Of a stretch of DNA of 64,000 nucleotides, positions 48,670-57,676 are shown piece by piece. The translations under genes and the position numbers were made by a program. Under the pieces are notes generated by a model, which was not told the DNA's origin, did no database searches, and worked only from the letters and a program-made list of their open reading frames with translations. How positions within the stretch are numbered: position 1 is the first letter of the stretch; every line of letters starts with the position of its first letter. Source of the stretch: Acutalibacteraceae bacterium. Its GTDB lineage: Bacteria > Bacillota > Clostridia > Oscillospirales > Acutalibacteraceae. Where the stretch lies: contig JAZNJD010000053.1 in NCBI GenBank assembly GCA_045577835.1, positions 1,252-65,251 on the forward strand. The letters run 5' to 3'.

Positions 48670-49605
48670 ATGGATTTTATGAGCACAGTAAAGGGTTCTT
48701 TACTCGAAAACTTCTATCCTGTTGGCTGGGATATGGCAAAAATTGACGCTTGCTGCGATAAGGGTGTAGCAAGAGAGGATTTCTGGAACAAGGATTTCAA
48801 TCCTGTAGAGTGCGAATCTCTCGGTGATTTTGATACCCTTATGGGCCACGAAATTGCAATGCAGATTAAGCTCACAGGCGAAGAGGGCAGAAAATGCGCT
48901 ATGATTTTACCTGTTGGTCCTATGGGTATGTACCGTTGGGCTGCTTACTTCCTCAACGAGTGGAAGGTAAACTGCGACCACGTTTACACCTTTAATATGG
49001 ACGAATGGGCTGACGCTGACGGTAACACTCTCGACAGCACAAGCACAGCTTCTTTTGAATACTCAATGAAGCAGGCTTTCTTTAACAAGCTTAACAATAC
49101 AATTCCTGAAGCACAGCGTAATTTTGCTACCAAGACAAATCTTCCTACATATCCTGAAAAGATTGATGCTCTAAAGGCAGAGGGCGCAAAGCTTGTATTG
49201 GTATACGGTATCGGCCGTATGTGCCACATCGCATTCTGGGAGCCACAGTTCGCTGTTGAGTTTGAGAGTGACGAGGAATGGGCAAAACAGTGCTACCGCA
49301 TTGGTGCTAAACTCCACCCACTCACCATTGAGCAGAACGCTATCACAAGCTTCAAGAGCCGTACAACCTTAGTTCCTTGTACCGCTAACACAATAGGACC
49401 TGGCCTATTCTTAAAGGCTGACTATGCAATCGGCGGTGCTGACGGTGCTTTAGGTCGTGGCATGGGCTGGCAGGGTATGAGCTTCCTCACAACCCTTCAC
49501 TACGGTCCTGACAGACACATCACCTCTACCTATATTCCAACACTTCCTGGCCGTCTTTTCTATCTTAAAGAGCTTGCAGGTCCTCTCACCGCAGAGTGTA
49601 ATTAA
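48670..49605 (+). CDS. NagB/6-phosphogluconolactonase-superfamily sugar-phosphate isomerase/deaminase-like protein
   Basis: 311 aa. ILPVGP...FNMDEW layout resembles glucosamine-6-phosphate deaminase-like proteins. Confidence 0.6.
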   Translation: MDFMSTVKGSLLENFYPVGWDMAKIDACCDKGVAREDFWNKDFNPVECESLGDFDTLMGHEIAMQIKLTGEEGRKCAMILPVGPMGMYRWAAYFLNEWKVNCDHVYTFNMDEWADADGNTLDSTSTASFEYSMKQAFFNKLNNTIPEAQRNFATKTNLPTYPEKIDALKAEGAKLVLVYGIGRMCHIAFWEPQFAVEFESDEEWAKQCYRIGAKLHPLTIEQNAITSFKSRTTLVPCTANTIGPGLFLKADYAIGGADGALGRGMGWQGMSFLTTLHYGPDRHITSTYIPTLPGRLFYLKELAGPLTAECN

Positions 49606-49616
49606 GGTGAAAAGCT

Positions 49617-50627
49617 ATGGCTTATAATAAAGGAATAGCCTTTGCAGGCAATATACTTACCGACGTTGTTAAAACTATAGATTGCTATCCAAAACTTGGT
49701 ATGTTATCTAATATTTCATCGGTATCTCAAGCTGTAGGCGGAAGCGTTCCTAATACTAGTATTAACCTTGCTAAGATTGACAGCACTATTCCGCTTAGTG
49801 CTGTCGGCAAGGTAGGTAACGATGATAACGGCAAATATGTAATAGGTATGCTCGAAAAATACGGTATCAATACCGACGGTGTATCTACAACCGATTTAGC
49901 ACCTACAAGTTTTACCGATGTTATGACCATTCCGGGCGGCGACCGTACCTTCTTCCATTCAAGAGGCGCTAACGCACTTTTTGGTATTGACGATGTTGAT
50001 GTATCAAAGCTTTCATGCGATATTTTCCATATCGGATACATATTATTGCTTGATAAGTTAGATGCAGAGGACCCAGAATACGGTACCGCTATGGCAAGAC
50101 TTCTCAAAAAGGTTCAGGATGCAGGAATTAAAACCTCGGTTGACGTTGTTAGTGACAGTAGCGCAGACTATGCTAAAATGATAAAGCCTGCACTTAAATA
50201 CTGTGACTTCCTTATTTTCAACGAGGTTGAGTGCTGTGCTATCTGGGGCATTGAGGGTACCGACGAAAACGGCAACCCAATCGAAGCCAATATCAAAAAA
50301 GCTATGCAACTCACACTTAACGAGGGCGTTAAGGAAAAGGTTATCGTTCACTGCAAAAAGATGGGCTACTGCTTAAGTAAGGACGGCACATTTTCTTCAA
50401 TTACCTCCCTCGACGTACCTAAGAGCGAAATGAAGGGTAGCGTTGGTGCAGGCGATAGCTTCTGTGCCGCATCCCTTTACGCTATCTATAAAGGTATGAG
50501 CGATCAGGAAATAATTGAATTCGCATCTGCCGCCGCAGCCTGCAATCTGTTTGCAGAAAACTCTATCGACGGTATGTTACCTTATGAAGAAATACTAAAG
50601 GTAGCCAAAAAATACGGCAGAGAATAA
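49617..50627 (+). CDS. PfkB-family carbohydrate kinase
   Basis: 336 aa. GGSVPNT N-terminal motif and C-terminal GAGDSFCAA ATP-binding motif. Confidence 0.85.
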   Translation: MAYNKGIAFAGNILTDVVKTIDCYPKLGMLSNISSVSQAVGGSVPNTSINLAKIDSTIPLSAVGKVGNDDNGKYVIGMLEKYGINTDGVSTTDLAPTSFTDVMTIPGGDRTFFHSRGANALFGIDDVDVSKLSCDIFHIGYILLLDKLDAEDPEYGTAMARLLKKVQDAGIKTSVDVVSDSSADYAKMIKPALKYCDFLIFNEVECCAIWGIEGTDENGNPIEANIKKAMQLTLNEGVKEKVIVHCKKMGYCLSKDGTFSSITSLDVPKSEMKGSVGAGDSFCAASLYAIYKGMSDQEIIEFASAAAACNLFAENSIDGMLPYEEILKVAKKYGRE

Positions 50628-50632
50628 TATTT

Positions 50633-50667
50633 AAAAATCCTTGAGGTTAAACCTCAAGGATTTTTTA
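50633..50667. terminator. Bidirectional intrinsic terminator
   Basis: AAAAATCCTTGAGGT-TAA-ACCTCAAGGATTTTTT. Confidence 0.8.
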
Positions 50668-50685
50668 CTGCCTTATGCAAAGTAT

Positions 50686-50853
50686 TTAATCTTCAAAATC
50701 TTTTAAAAGCTTTAGTTTCGCTTCTTCTAAAACTTCCCTTTCAATATCGGGATAAATACAATCTTCACACATACCGTAAATATTTATGGATATGTTTTGT
50801 ATGATACATTTATTTTCTAAATTATAAATACAAAAATAATTTTCACAGTTCAT
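50686..50853 (-). CDS. Small Cys-rich protein (55 aa)
   Basis: Own translation: MNCENYFCIYNLENKCIIQNISINIYGMCEDCIYPDIEREVLEEAKLKLLKDFED. RBS AGAGGT lies upstream. Below the ORF-track cutoff. Confidence 0.5.
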   Translation of the reverse strand: MNCENYFCIYNLENKCIIQNISINIYGMCEDCIYPDIEREVLEEAKLKLLKDFED

Positions 50854-50869
50854 AGCTTGATACCTCTAT

Positions 50870-51050
50870 AAAAAAGCACACCCCCGAAGAGATGTGCCGA
50901 AAAAGTGTTTCTCCTCAGTCGTTGCTACACGAATATTCTCCACATGGGGATAAGAGGAAAACACCTTTTACCAAGGTATTATTCCCCAATGTAGAGTATA
51001 TTCAATTCGTGTAGCACAACTATATTATCATAAAAAAATAGAAATTGCAA
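50870..51050 (-). promoter_or_regulatory. Promoter plus ~145-nt structured leader ending in an intrinsic terminator
   Basis: Minus strand TTGCAA (51045-51050)-N17-TGATAATAT (51022-51030). A 100-nt imperfect hairpin spans 50921-51020. Terminator GCACAUCUC-UUCG-GGGGUGUGC plus U6 lies at 50870-50897, 16 nt before the ATG. Confidence 0.6.
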
Positions 51051-51052
51051 GC

Positions 51053-51121
51053 AAAAATCCTTGGGGTTTGACCTCAAGGATTTTTTACTTTCTTATGCAA
51101 ACTATTTAATCTCCAAATCTT
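51053..51121. repeat. About 70-bp direct repeat of 50633-50702 (terminator plus 3' end of the small ORF)
   Basis: About 88% identity by eye (about 62/70), including the hairpin and the ...TATTTAATCT(T/C)CAAA segment. Confidence 0.7.
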
Positions 51122-51236
51122 ACAATAACGGCTCTTTTAATCATAAAACCACCTCAGTTTACATTTTACTATCATTATGTAGTAAAATCAATACTATTTT
51201 TTGATAGTACATATACTAGTCTTAGGGTAATGATTT

Positions 51237-51452
51237 ATGTACTATCCAAGACTTAAAGATTTAAGAGAAGATAAAGATTTGGTTCAAAAAGAAGTAGCCG
51301 CTATTTTAGGAATTGACCAACGAGTGTATAGCAATTACGAAACAGGAAAAAGAGAAATACCTACCCGTTTCGTTGTCACGCTTGCAAAATTTTACAACAC
51401 CTCAACCGATTATATACTCGGTTTGACAAACAACTTAAAACCATATAAATAA
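51237..51452 (+). CDS. XRE-family HTH transcriptional regulator
   Basis: 71 aa. LREDKDLVQKEVAAILGIDQRVYSNYETG. Stop lies 1 nt before the RAYT-like ORF. Confidence 0.85.
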   Translation: MYYPRLKDLREDKDLVQKEVAAILGIDQRVYSNYETGKREIPTRFVVTLAKFYNTSTDYILGLTNNLKPYK

Positions 51453-51453
51453 A

Positions 51454-51945
51454 ATGGATTTACCAAAACGAAAACCGACACGACTCAAAGATTTTGATTA
51501 CAGCCAAAGTGGATATTATTTCATAACGATATGTACCTACCAAAAACAAAAAATATTAGGTGATATCGTAGGGGAGGGGTTCCCCCTCCCGCAATTAACC
51601 CAACAAGGAAAAATTGTAGAGAAATATATTTTATCCGTTAATAAAAAATACCCTTGTGTTGCTGTGAACAAATTTGTAATAATGCCAAACCATATACATA
51701 TTATTCTTTGCGTTGGAAATAACGGGAGGGGAAACCCCTCCCCTACAATATCCAATGTAGTGGGATGGTTAAAATATAATGCAACAAAACAAATCAATTT
51801 AATTGATGGTAACACAGGCAATCAAATTTTCCAACGCTCATTCCACGACCACATAATTCGTGGCGAAAACGATTACCTTAAAATTTGGGAATACATCGAC
51901 ACAAATCCTCAAAAATGGGAAGAGGATTGTTTTTATATTGAATAG
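51454..51945 (+). CDS. IS200/IS605-like HUH Y1 transposase-fold protein (RAYT-like)
   Basis: 163 aa. HUH motif MPNHIHIIL, FQRSFHDHIIR, and C-terminal WEYIDTNPQKW with the candidate catalytic Tyr. Confidence 0.78.
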   Translation: MDLPKRKPTRLKDFDYSQSGYYFITICTYQKQKILGDIVGEGFPLPQLTQQGKIVEKYILSVNKKYPCVAVNKFVIMPNHIHIILCVGNNGRGNPSPTISNVVGWLKYNATKQINLIDGNTGNQIFQRSFHDHIIRGENDYLKIWEYIDTNPQKWEEDCFYIE

Positions 51946-51946
51946 C

Positions 51947-51988
51947 AAAAAGGCTGTCTCACTAAAAAACGTGAGACAGCCTTTTTTG
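51947..51988. terminator. Bidirectional intrinsic terminator
   Basis: AAAAAGGCTGTCTCAC-TAAAAAAC-GTGAGACAGCCTTTTTT. Confidence 0.85.
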
Positions 51989-51998
51989 TTATGTCAAT

Positions 51999-54689
51999 TT
52001 ATTTTGCGTAAACTCTGCCTAAAATTCCGCAGTCTTTACCCTTTACATTGAACACTACCTGAAGCATATTCTGTGCCTCAAGCTTTGCATTTTTAACAGG
52101 GATTGCTACGGTCTCATAGTCTCCGTTAGAACTGCCCTGCAGTTCACCGTTTACATATACCTCACACTCACCGCAAAGACCCTCAACATAGATTGTCATA
52201 TCATCGGGTATCCAGGTGAAGTTGCCCTTAACGGTGCCGTAACCCTCACCACCTGAGTAAACTAGGTTTTTACCATAGCCTACAGGGGTTGGTATCCAGG
52301 TGTAGAATGGGCTGTTAAGCTCATCGTATCTTGGATGAACATCATAAAGGTCAGACATATGGAACGCTTGGAACAAAAGTATATTTTCGCTGCCGCAAAT
52401 CTTAAGCTTTGTATCCTCTACTGCCTTTAATGTAGCTGTGCTAGAAACTGTGTCGCTACAAACGGTAAGGGAAACCTCGCCTTTTTCCTTTGCACCAACG
52501 ATTATCTGAGCGCAACCTTTAAAGAATGCAATCTTGTTGCCCTTTTGGTTATAATGACAACAGGTATCGCCGTTACCAACACCCAAAAGTACGGTATTAT
52601 CGCCAACAGAAACGGTTAGCTCATCGTTACATTCAGGAACGATATTGCCGTTTTTATCAACCGCATAAATATCCACAACGCTAGCATCAAAGCTACCTGC
52701 TTCAATTGTATCCTTTGAGAGCACAAACTTGAAGGCAGAATTTTCTTCTGCTGTATAAAGCACATCCTCGCATACCTTTTCGCCGTTTATAAAGCCTGTT
52801 GCCTTTAAACAGCCTGCTTCAAATTTTGTCTTGTGGATTACAGCCTTATATTTATCGTGCTTAAAGCGTTCTGTCACCTTGCCGTTAACCGAAAGCTCAA
52901 TTTCATCACAGTTAGAATAGCAGATAACATTAACCTCATCACCCTCGTTATAGTTCCAGTGAGGTGTTACCTTTAAAACAGGATCTGTATGCCATAATGC
53001 TCTGTGCCAATAGAAGTTATCCTTAGGGAAACCGCAAAGGTCCATAGCACCGAAGTTACTGCTAACGCTCGGCCAATAGAAAGGTCCCGACTCGCCTAGA
53101 TAGTCAATACCCGTCCAATAAAATCCTCCGCAAACAAACTCTCTATCCTCAATATACTTCCAGTTTTCGCCTGGGTCTGCCGACCAAGGATATTCGTTTT
53201 CATAAAGCACATTACCAAAGCGTGCTACCTGAGCGGCTTTAGGGTCGGTCTTTTCAATACCTCTGTTTGAAAGATATGAGCCGTTTTCAGAGCCAAAAAT
53301 CGGAAGATTTGGGAATAGCTTATGGAAAGCATCATAACCGTACTGCATATAGTTAAAGCCCATAACGTCTACAACCTTGGTGATACCTTCGGTCTGGAAA
53401 GGTCCGTTGCAGCCGGCACTTATAGCTCTTGTACCGTCAAGCTCTTTTATAAGGTTTGACATTGTGGTAGCAATCTTTCTACCCGAAATTGAGCCCTGCA
53501 TTGGCTCTTCGTTAAGGATACTCCACATAATAACGCAAGGATGATTACGGTCACGCTTAACAAAACGCTCTAAATCGTAAAGCTCCTCTTTTGCAGACGA
53601 GAAGTGTCTAGTTTCGTTCATAACCACAAAACCTAAACGGTCGCAAATCTCATAGAATACAGGAGACTTTGGATTGTGTGAGGTTCTAACCGCATTACAG
53701 CCCATCTCTCTAAGCTTACCCATTCTGTAATCATATACCGAGTCAGGTAATGCAACACCAACGCCTGCGTGGTCGTGGTGCAGGCAAACACCCTTGAATT
53801 TAAGAGACTTTCCGTTAATAAAGCAACCCTTGTTAGCATCAAATTTAATCTCTCTGATACCAAAGGTAACTTGCTTACTATCTACTACCTCGCCACCCTT
53901 TAAAAGTGAGCAGGTAGCGGTGTAAAGATTTGGATTTTCGGTATCCCAAAGCTTTGGATTTTTAACAGGGATAGTTTGTGTAGCAACAGACGCTTCAACC
54001 GCACTCTCAATGTTTATACCGAGCTCTGCTATTTCGGTCTTTAAGCTAAAGCCTTCAAGGTCACCCTCAATCCAAGCCTTAACGTTTATATCCCAATTAT
54101 CATTTCCGTTAAATTTAGAGCTTATAAATACGCCGTCCTCTTCAAAGTGGGTAGCATCGGTAATGATTAAATGAGCGTGTCTGTAAAGACCGCCGCCTTC
54201 ATACCACCAACCCTCTTTTATAAAGTTGGAACAACGAACACTTATAACGTTTGTACGTCCGTTTTCAATAAAATCACTTACATCGCAGATAATCGGCACA
54301 TAGGAGCAGGTGTTATGTGTTATATGTACACTGTTAAAGTAAACATCACTGTCAATAGCAACACCGTCTAGCTTGATATAAACCTTTTGGTCGTCATTAA
54401 CGTCCTCAAGCTTAAAGCATTTTCTATACCAAACGGTATCAGAGGGCTTATAGCCGCAGATAGTGCCTACGTTGTTTTTCTCTGCAAAATCCTCATAAGA
54501 GCACCAGTCATGCGGAAGATTTATTTTTTACCACTCGCTGTCATCAAAAAACATACCGCCGGGACCTGTTAGGGTGCCTGTTTTATGGCGGTGCAAAGAA
54601 GTGCCGAAATAGTCTACTATTTCTGTGTTTTGCACACTTGATTCTTTACAAAATTTCCATCAGTAATCGAAACAATATTCCTTACGCAT
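51999..54689 (-). pseudogene. GH2-family glycoside hydrolase interrupted by two in-frame stop codons
   Basis: One 897-codon frame runs from the ATG at 54689 (RBS GGAGAGGG). It contains TGA at 54660-54662 (FDY*WKF) and TAA at 54528-54530 (DDSEW*KINLPHDW). No frameshift. GH2 motifs (NAVRTSHNP, WSILNEE) are intact downstream. Confidence 0.8.
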
Positions 54690-54796
54690 ATAACCCTCTC
54701 CTTATATGCTTTAGCTTCTAGATTGCTACTAGTTTAACATATCAAATTTACTTTTTCAAGCATAAAACAGGCTTAATTGTAAAATAAAAAAACAAA

Positions 54797-55864
54797 TTAT
54801 AAAACAATAAGCTTTTTATCACTTTTTGTTATATTTTTATGTCCGTTTTCGGTCACAAAAACCATATCCTCTATACGAACGCCAAACTTGTTTTCAAGAT
54901 AAATACCGGGCTCCACCGTCATAACCATTTGAGGCTTTAAAACGGTTTCGCAACGGGTGTTAAAGGCAGGGCTTTCGTGAATTTCTATACCTACACTGTG
55001 TCCTAATCCGTGACCAAAACAGTCTTTGTATTCTTTATCTATAATATCCCTTGCAACTTTGTCAATATCTTTACAAACTGCACCGCTTTTAATTGCCTTT
55101 AGCGCCTCAGTTTGCGCCTCTAATACAGTTTCGTAAACCTTTTTCTGCTCATCGGTAACACTACCTACTGCAACCGTCCTTGTCATATCCGAACGGTAGC
55201 CGTTTATAACGGCGCCAAAATCCATTGTGATAAAATCGCCGTTCTCTATTTTTTTATCGGTGGGCACACCGTGAGGAAGTGAGGAATTTTTACCCGAAAC
55301 AACGATAAAGTCAAAGGCTACACCCTCTGAGCCTTGTTTACGCATAAAAAATTCCATATCGAGCATTATTTCTTTTTCACTTCTGCCCTTTTCAATCCTC
55401 TCTAGAATATACGAAAAGGTATCATCGGTAAGCTTTTGCGCAAGTTCTATATTTTTAAGCTCGGTTACACTTTTCACACTTCTAAGATTTAAAAGTAAAT
55501 CGGTGATTTTTGTGTCACTTAATACCTCAACACCCTCAAAAGCTTTTTTATATCCTTCGAAAGCACCAACCGATATATAATCGGTTTCTAAAAACACCTT
55601 TTTTATTTCTTGTTCTTCGCAAAAATATAAAGCCTGCGATATGAAATTTAAAAGTAGTTCTGTTTCGCAAGCTTTAACCGTAGCCTTTGCCTTTTCAAAA
55701 TATCTTGAATCGGTTAAGAATACTGCTTTTTTTTGACTTATAAAAATAACGCCGTCACTACTATTAAAGCCTGTTAAATAAAATCTGTTTGAGGGGGATT
55801 TTATTATCGCCGTTTCCCCCTCTAAAAGCGCTTCCTGTATCTTTTTTATAGCATCATCTAACAT
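54797..55864 (-). CDS. pepP: M24-family Xaa-Pro aminopeptidase
   Basis: 355 aa. DFGAVINGYRSDMTRT, HGLGHSVGIEIHE and EPGIY metal-binding motifs. Confidence 0.88.
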   Translation of the reverse strand: MLDDAIKKIQEALLEGETAIIKSPSNRFYLTGFNSSDGVIFISQKKAVFLTDSRYFEKAKATVKACETELLLNFISQALYFCEEQEIKKVFLETDYISVGAFEGYKKAFEGVEVLSDTKITDLLLNLRSVKSVTELKNIELAQKLTDDTFSYILERIEKGRSEKEIMLDMEFFMRKQGSEGVAFDFIVVSGKNSSLPHGVPTDKKIENGDFITMDFGAVINGYRSDMTRTVAVGSVTDEQKKVYETVLEAQTEALKAIKSGAVCKDIDKVARDIIDKEYKDCFGHGLGHSVGIEIHESPAFNTRCETVLKPQMVMTVEPGIYLENKFGVRIEDMVFVTENGHKNITKSDKKLIVL

Positions 55865-55885
55865 GTTTTCTCCTTAATATAAACA

Positions 55886-55911
55886 GGCTCGGGCTTAAAG
55901 CCCGAGCCTTA
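55886..55911 (-). terminator. Intrinsic terminator after yebC
   Basis: AGGCTCGGGC-TTTA-GCCCGAGCCT perfect stem. Confidence 0.6.
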
Positions 55912-55923
55912 TTGGTTTAAATA

Positions 55924-56655
55924 TTATTCTTCGGGCATTTCCCAGTTATGCCAGATTTCCTGAACATCATCATTTTCTTCAAGCATATCGATAAGCTTCT
56001 CCATTTTTTGAGCTAAATCGGGGTCATCGATAGCAGTAGTGGTCTGTGGTATATACTGTACCTCTGCTAAAAGGAAGGTATATCCGTTTTCTTCCAATGC
56101 ATCTCTAACAGCGCCTAAATCATTTGGTGCGGTAGTGATTTCGAAAACGTCACCGTCAAAATTAAAGTCCTCAGCGCCAGCTTCTAGCGCTGCTTCCATA
56201 ACGGTATCCTCGTCCTTGCCCTCTGCCTCTATTTCGATAACACCCTTGCGGTCAAACATAAACATAACCGAGCCTGACTGACCAAGGTTACCGCCACACT
56301 TATCAAAATAATGACGCATCTCACCGGCTGTTCGATTGCGGTTATCGGTAAGGGTTTCAACTACAACAGCTACACCGTTTGGACCGTAGCCCTCATATAT
56401 TAATTCCTCATAATCATTACCGCCTGTCTCACCTGCGGCTTTTTTAATTATTCTTTCTATATTTTCATTAGGAACATTTGCAGCCTTTGCCTTTGCAATA
56501 GCATCCTTTAGCTTGCTGTTTTCCTGTGGATTAGGTCCGCCTGTTTTAACTATAACAGCAATCTCTCTACCCATTTTGGTAAAGATTTTAGCCTTTGCGG
56601 CATCGGTTTTTTCCTTTTTACGCTTAATATTGTTCCATTTAGAATGTCCTGACAT
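55924..56655 (-). CDS. yebC: YebC/PmpR-family transcriptional regulator
   Basis: The canonical MSGHSKWNNIKRKK N-terminus starts at 56655. The track's longer start (56721) would overlap dusB. Confidence 0.9.
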   Translation of the reverse strand: MSGHSKWNNIKRKKEKTDAAKAKIFTKMGREIAVIVKTGGPNPQENSKLKDAIAKAKAANVPNENIERIIKKAAGETGGNDYEELIYEGYGPNGVAVVVETLTDNRNRTAGEMRHYFDKCGGNLGQSGSVMFMFDRKGVIEIEAEGKDEDTVMEAALEAGAEDFNFDGDVFEITTAPNDLGAVRDALEENGYTFLLAEVQYIPQTTTAIDDPDLAQKMEKLIDMLEENDDVQEIWHNWEMPEE

Positions 56656-56698
56656 TTTAGGATTCTTCCCTTCGTGTGTTTTTAACCAAATAATTGTA

Positions 56699-57667
56699 TC
56701 ACAAATCTTTATTCTGTTCAAGTGCTTTTTCGCATATTCTCAAAACATCTTGCATAGAAGATATTTGACCACACTCTCGCCTTAGCGCCGCCGCGCCTTG
56801 AAGACCTGACATATACCACGCTGTATGCTTTCTTGACTCTAAAATCGCATTGTGAGGGTCCTTATATTTTAGCATTAAATTTATCTGCTCTATGCAAGCC
56901 TCTAGCCTTTTTTCGAGCGAGGGTTTTTCATAAGGTGTACCGCCTAAATATGAGTTTATCTCCTCAAAAATAAAGGGGTTTCCCATAGCACCACGGCCCA
57001 CCATTATAAAATCACAGCCTGTAATTTCATACATCGCTTTAGCGCTTTTACCGTCTACTATATCTCCGTTTGCAACAACGGGAATTTTAAGTGCTTTTTT
57101 AACCGCTTTAATTGTTTCATAATCTACAGGCGGTGCATACATCTGGTCTCGTGTTCTGCCGTGCACCGTAATAGCCGAGGCACCTGCCGCCTCACAGGCA
57201 AGCGCTAAATCCACTGCATTTAAACTGTTTTTATCCCAGCCTGTTCGCATCTTAACGGTTACAGGAACGTCTACCACCTCTACCACCGCTTTAACTATTT
57301 TTTCGGCTAACGGAACATCCTTCATAAGCGCACTGCCGCCACCGTTTCCTGCAACCTTAGGTGCAGGGCAACCCATGTTTATATCGATAAAATCAGGCTT
57401 AAATTCTAGCGCCTTTTTTGCCGCTATGCTCATTGACTCTGTGTCACAACCAAAAAGCTGTGAAGCGCAGGGTCTTGTTTTATCGGCGCAAAAAAGCAGT
57501 TCTTTTGATTTTGTATCGTTTAGTGCCACACCCTTAGCGCTTGTAAGCTCGCCTACGCAAAAGGCGGCACCATAAGCCATACACATCTCTCGCATAGCCC
57601 TGTCAGCAACGCCCGCCATGGGCGCTAGCGCCGCAAAGCCTTTTATTTCTAAATTTCCTATTTTCAT
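56699..57667 (-). CDS. dusB: tRNA-dihydrouridine synthase
   Basis: 322 aa. LAPMAGV, DINMGCP and HGRTR Dus motifs. Confidence 0.9.
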   Translation of the reverse strand: MKIGNLEIKGFAALAPMAGVADRAMREMCMAYGAAFCVGELTSAKGVALNDTKSKELLFCADKTRPCASQLFGCDTESMSIAAKKALEFKPDFIDINMGCPAPKVAGNGGGSALMKDVPLAEKIVKAVVEVVDVPVTVKMRTGWDKNSLNAVDLALACEAAGASAITVHGRTRDQMYAPPVDYETIKAVKKALKIPVVANGDIVDGKSAKAMYEITGCDFIMVGRGAMGNPFIFEEINSYLGGTPYEKPSLEKRLEACIEQINLMLKYKDPHNAILESRKHTAWYMSGLQGAAALRRECGQISSMQDVLRICEKALEQNKDL

Positions 57668-57676
57668 ATTTTCACA

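Noticed and set aside
54171-54572. Plus-strand ORFs (66 aa, 61 aa) in the 5' part of the GH2 locus
   Set aside because: They are antisense to a frame that translates into recognisable GH2 N-terminal sequence (WKF, LPHDW). They are explained by the pseudogene.
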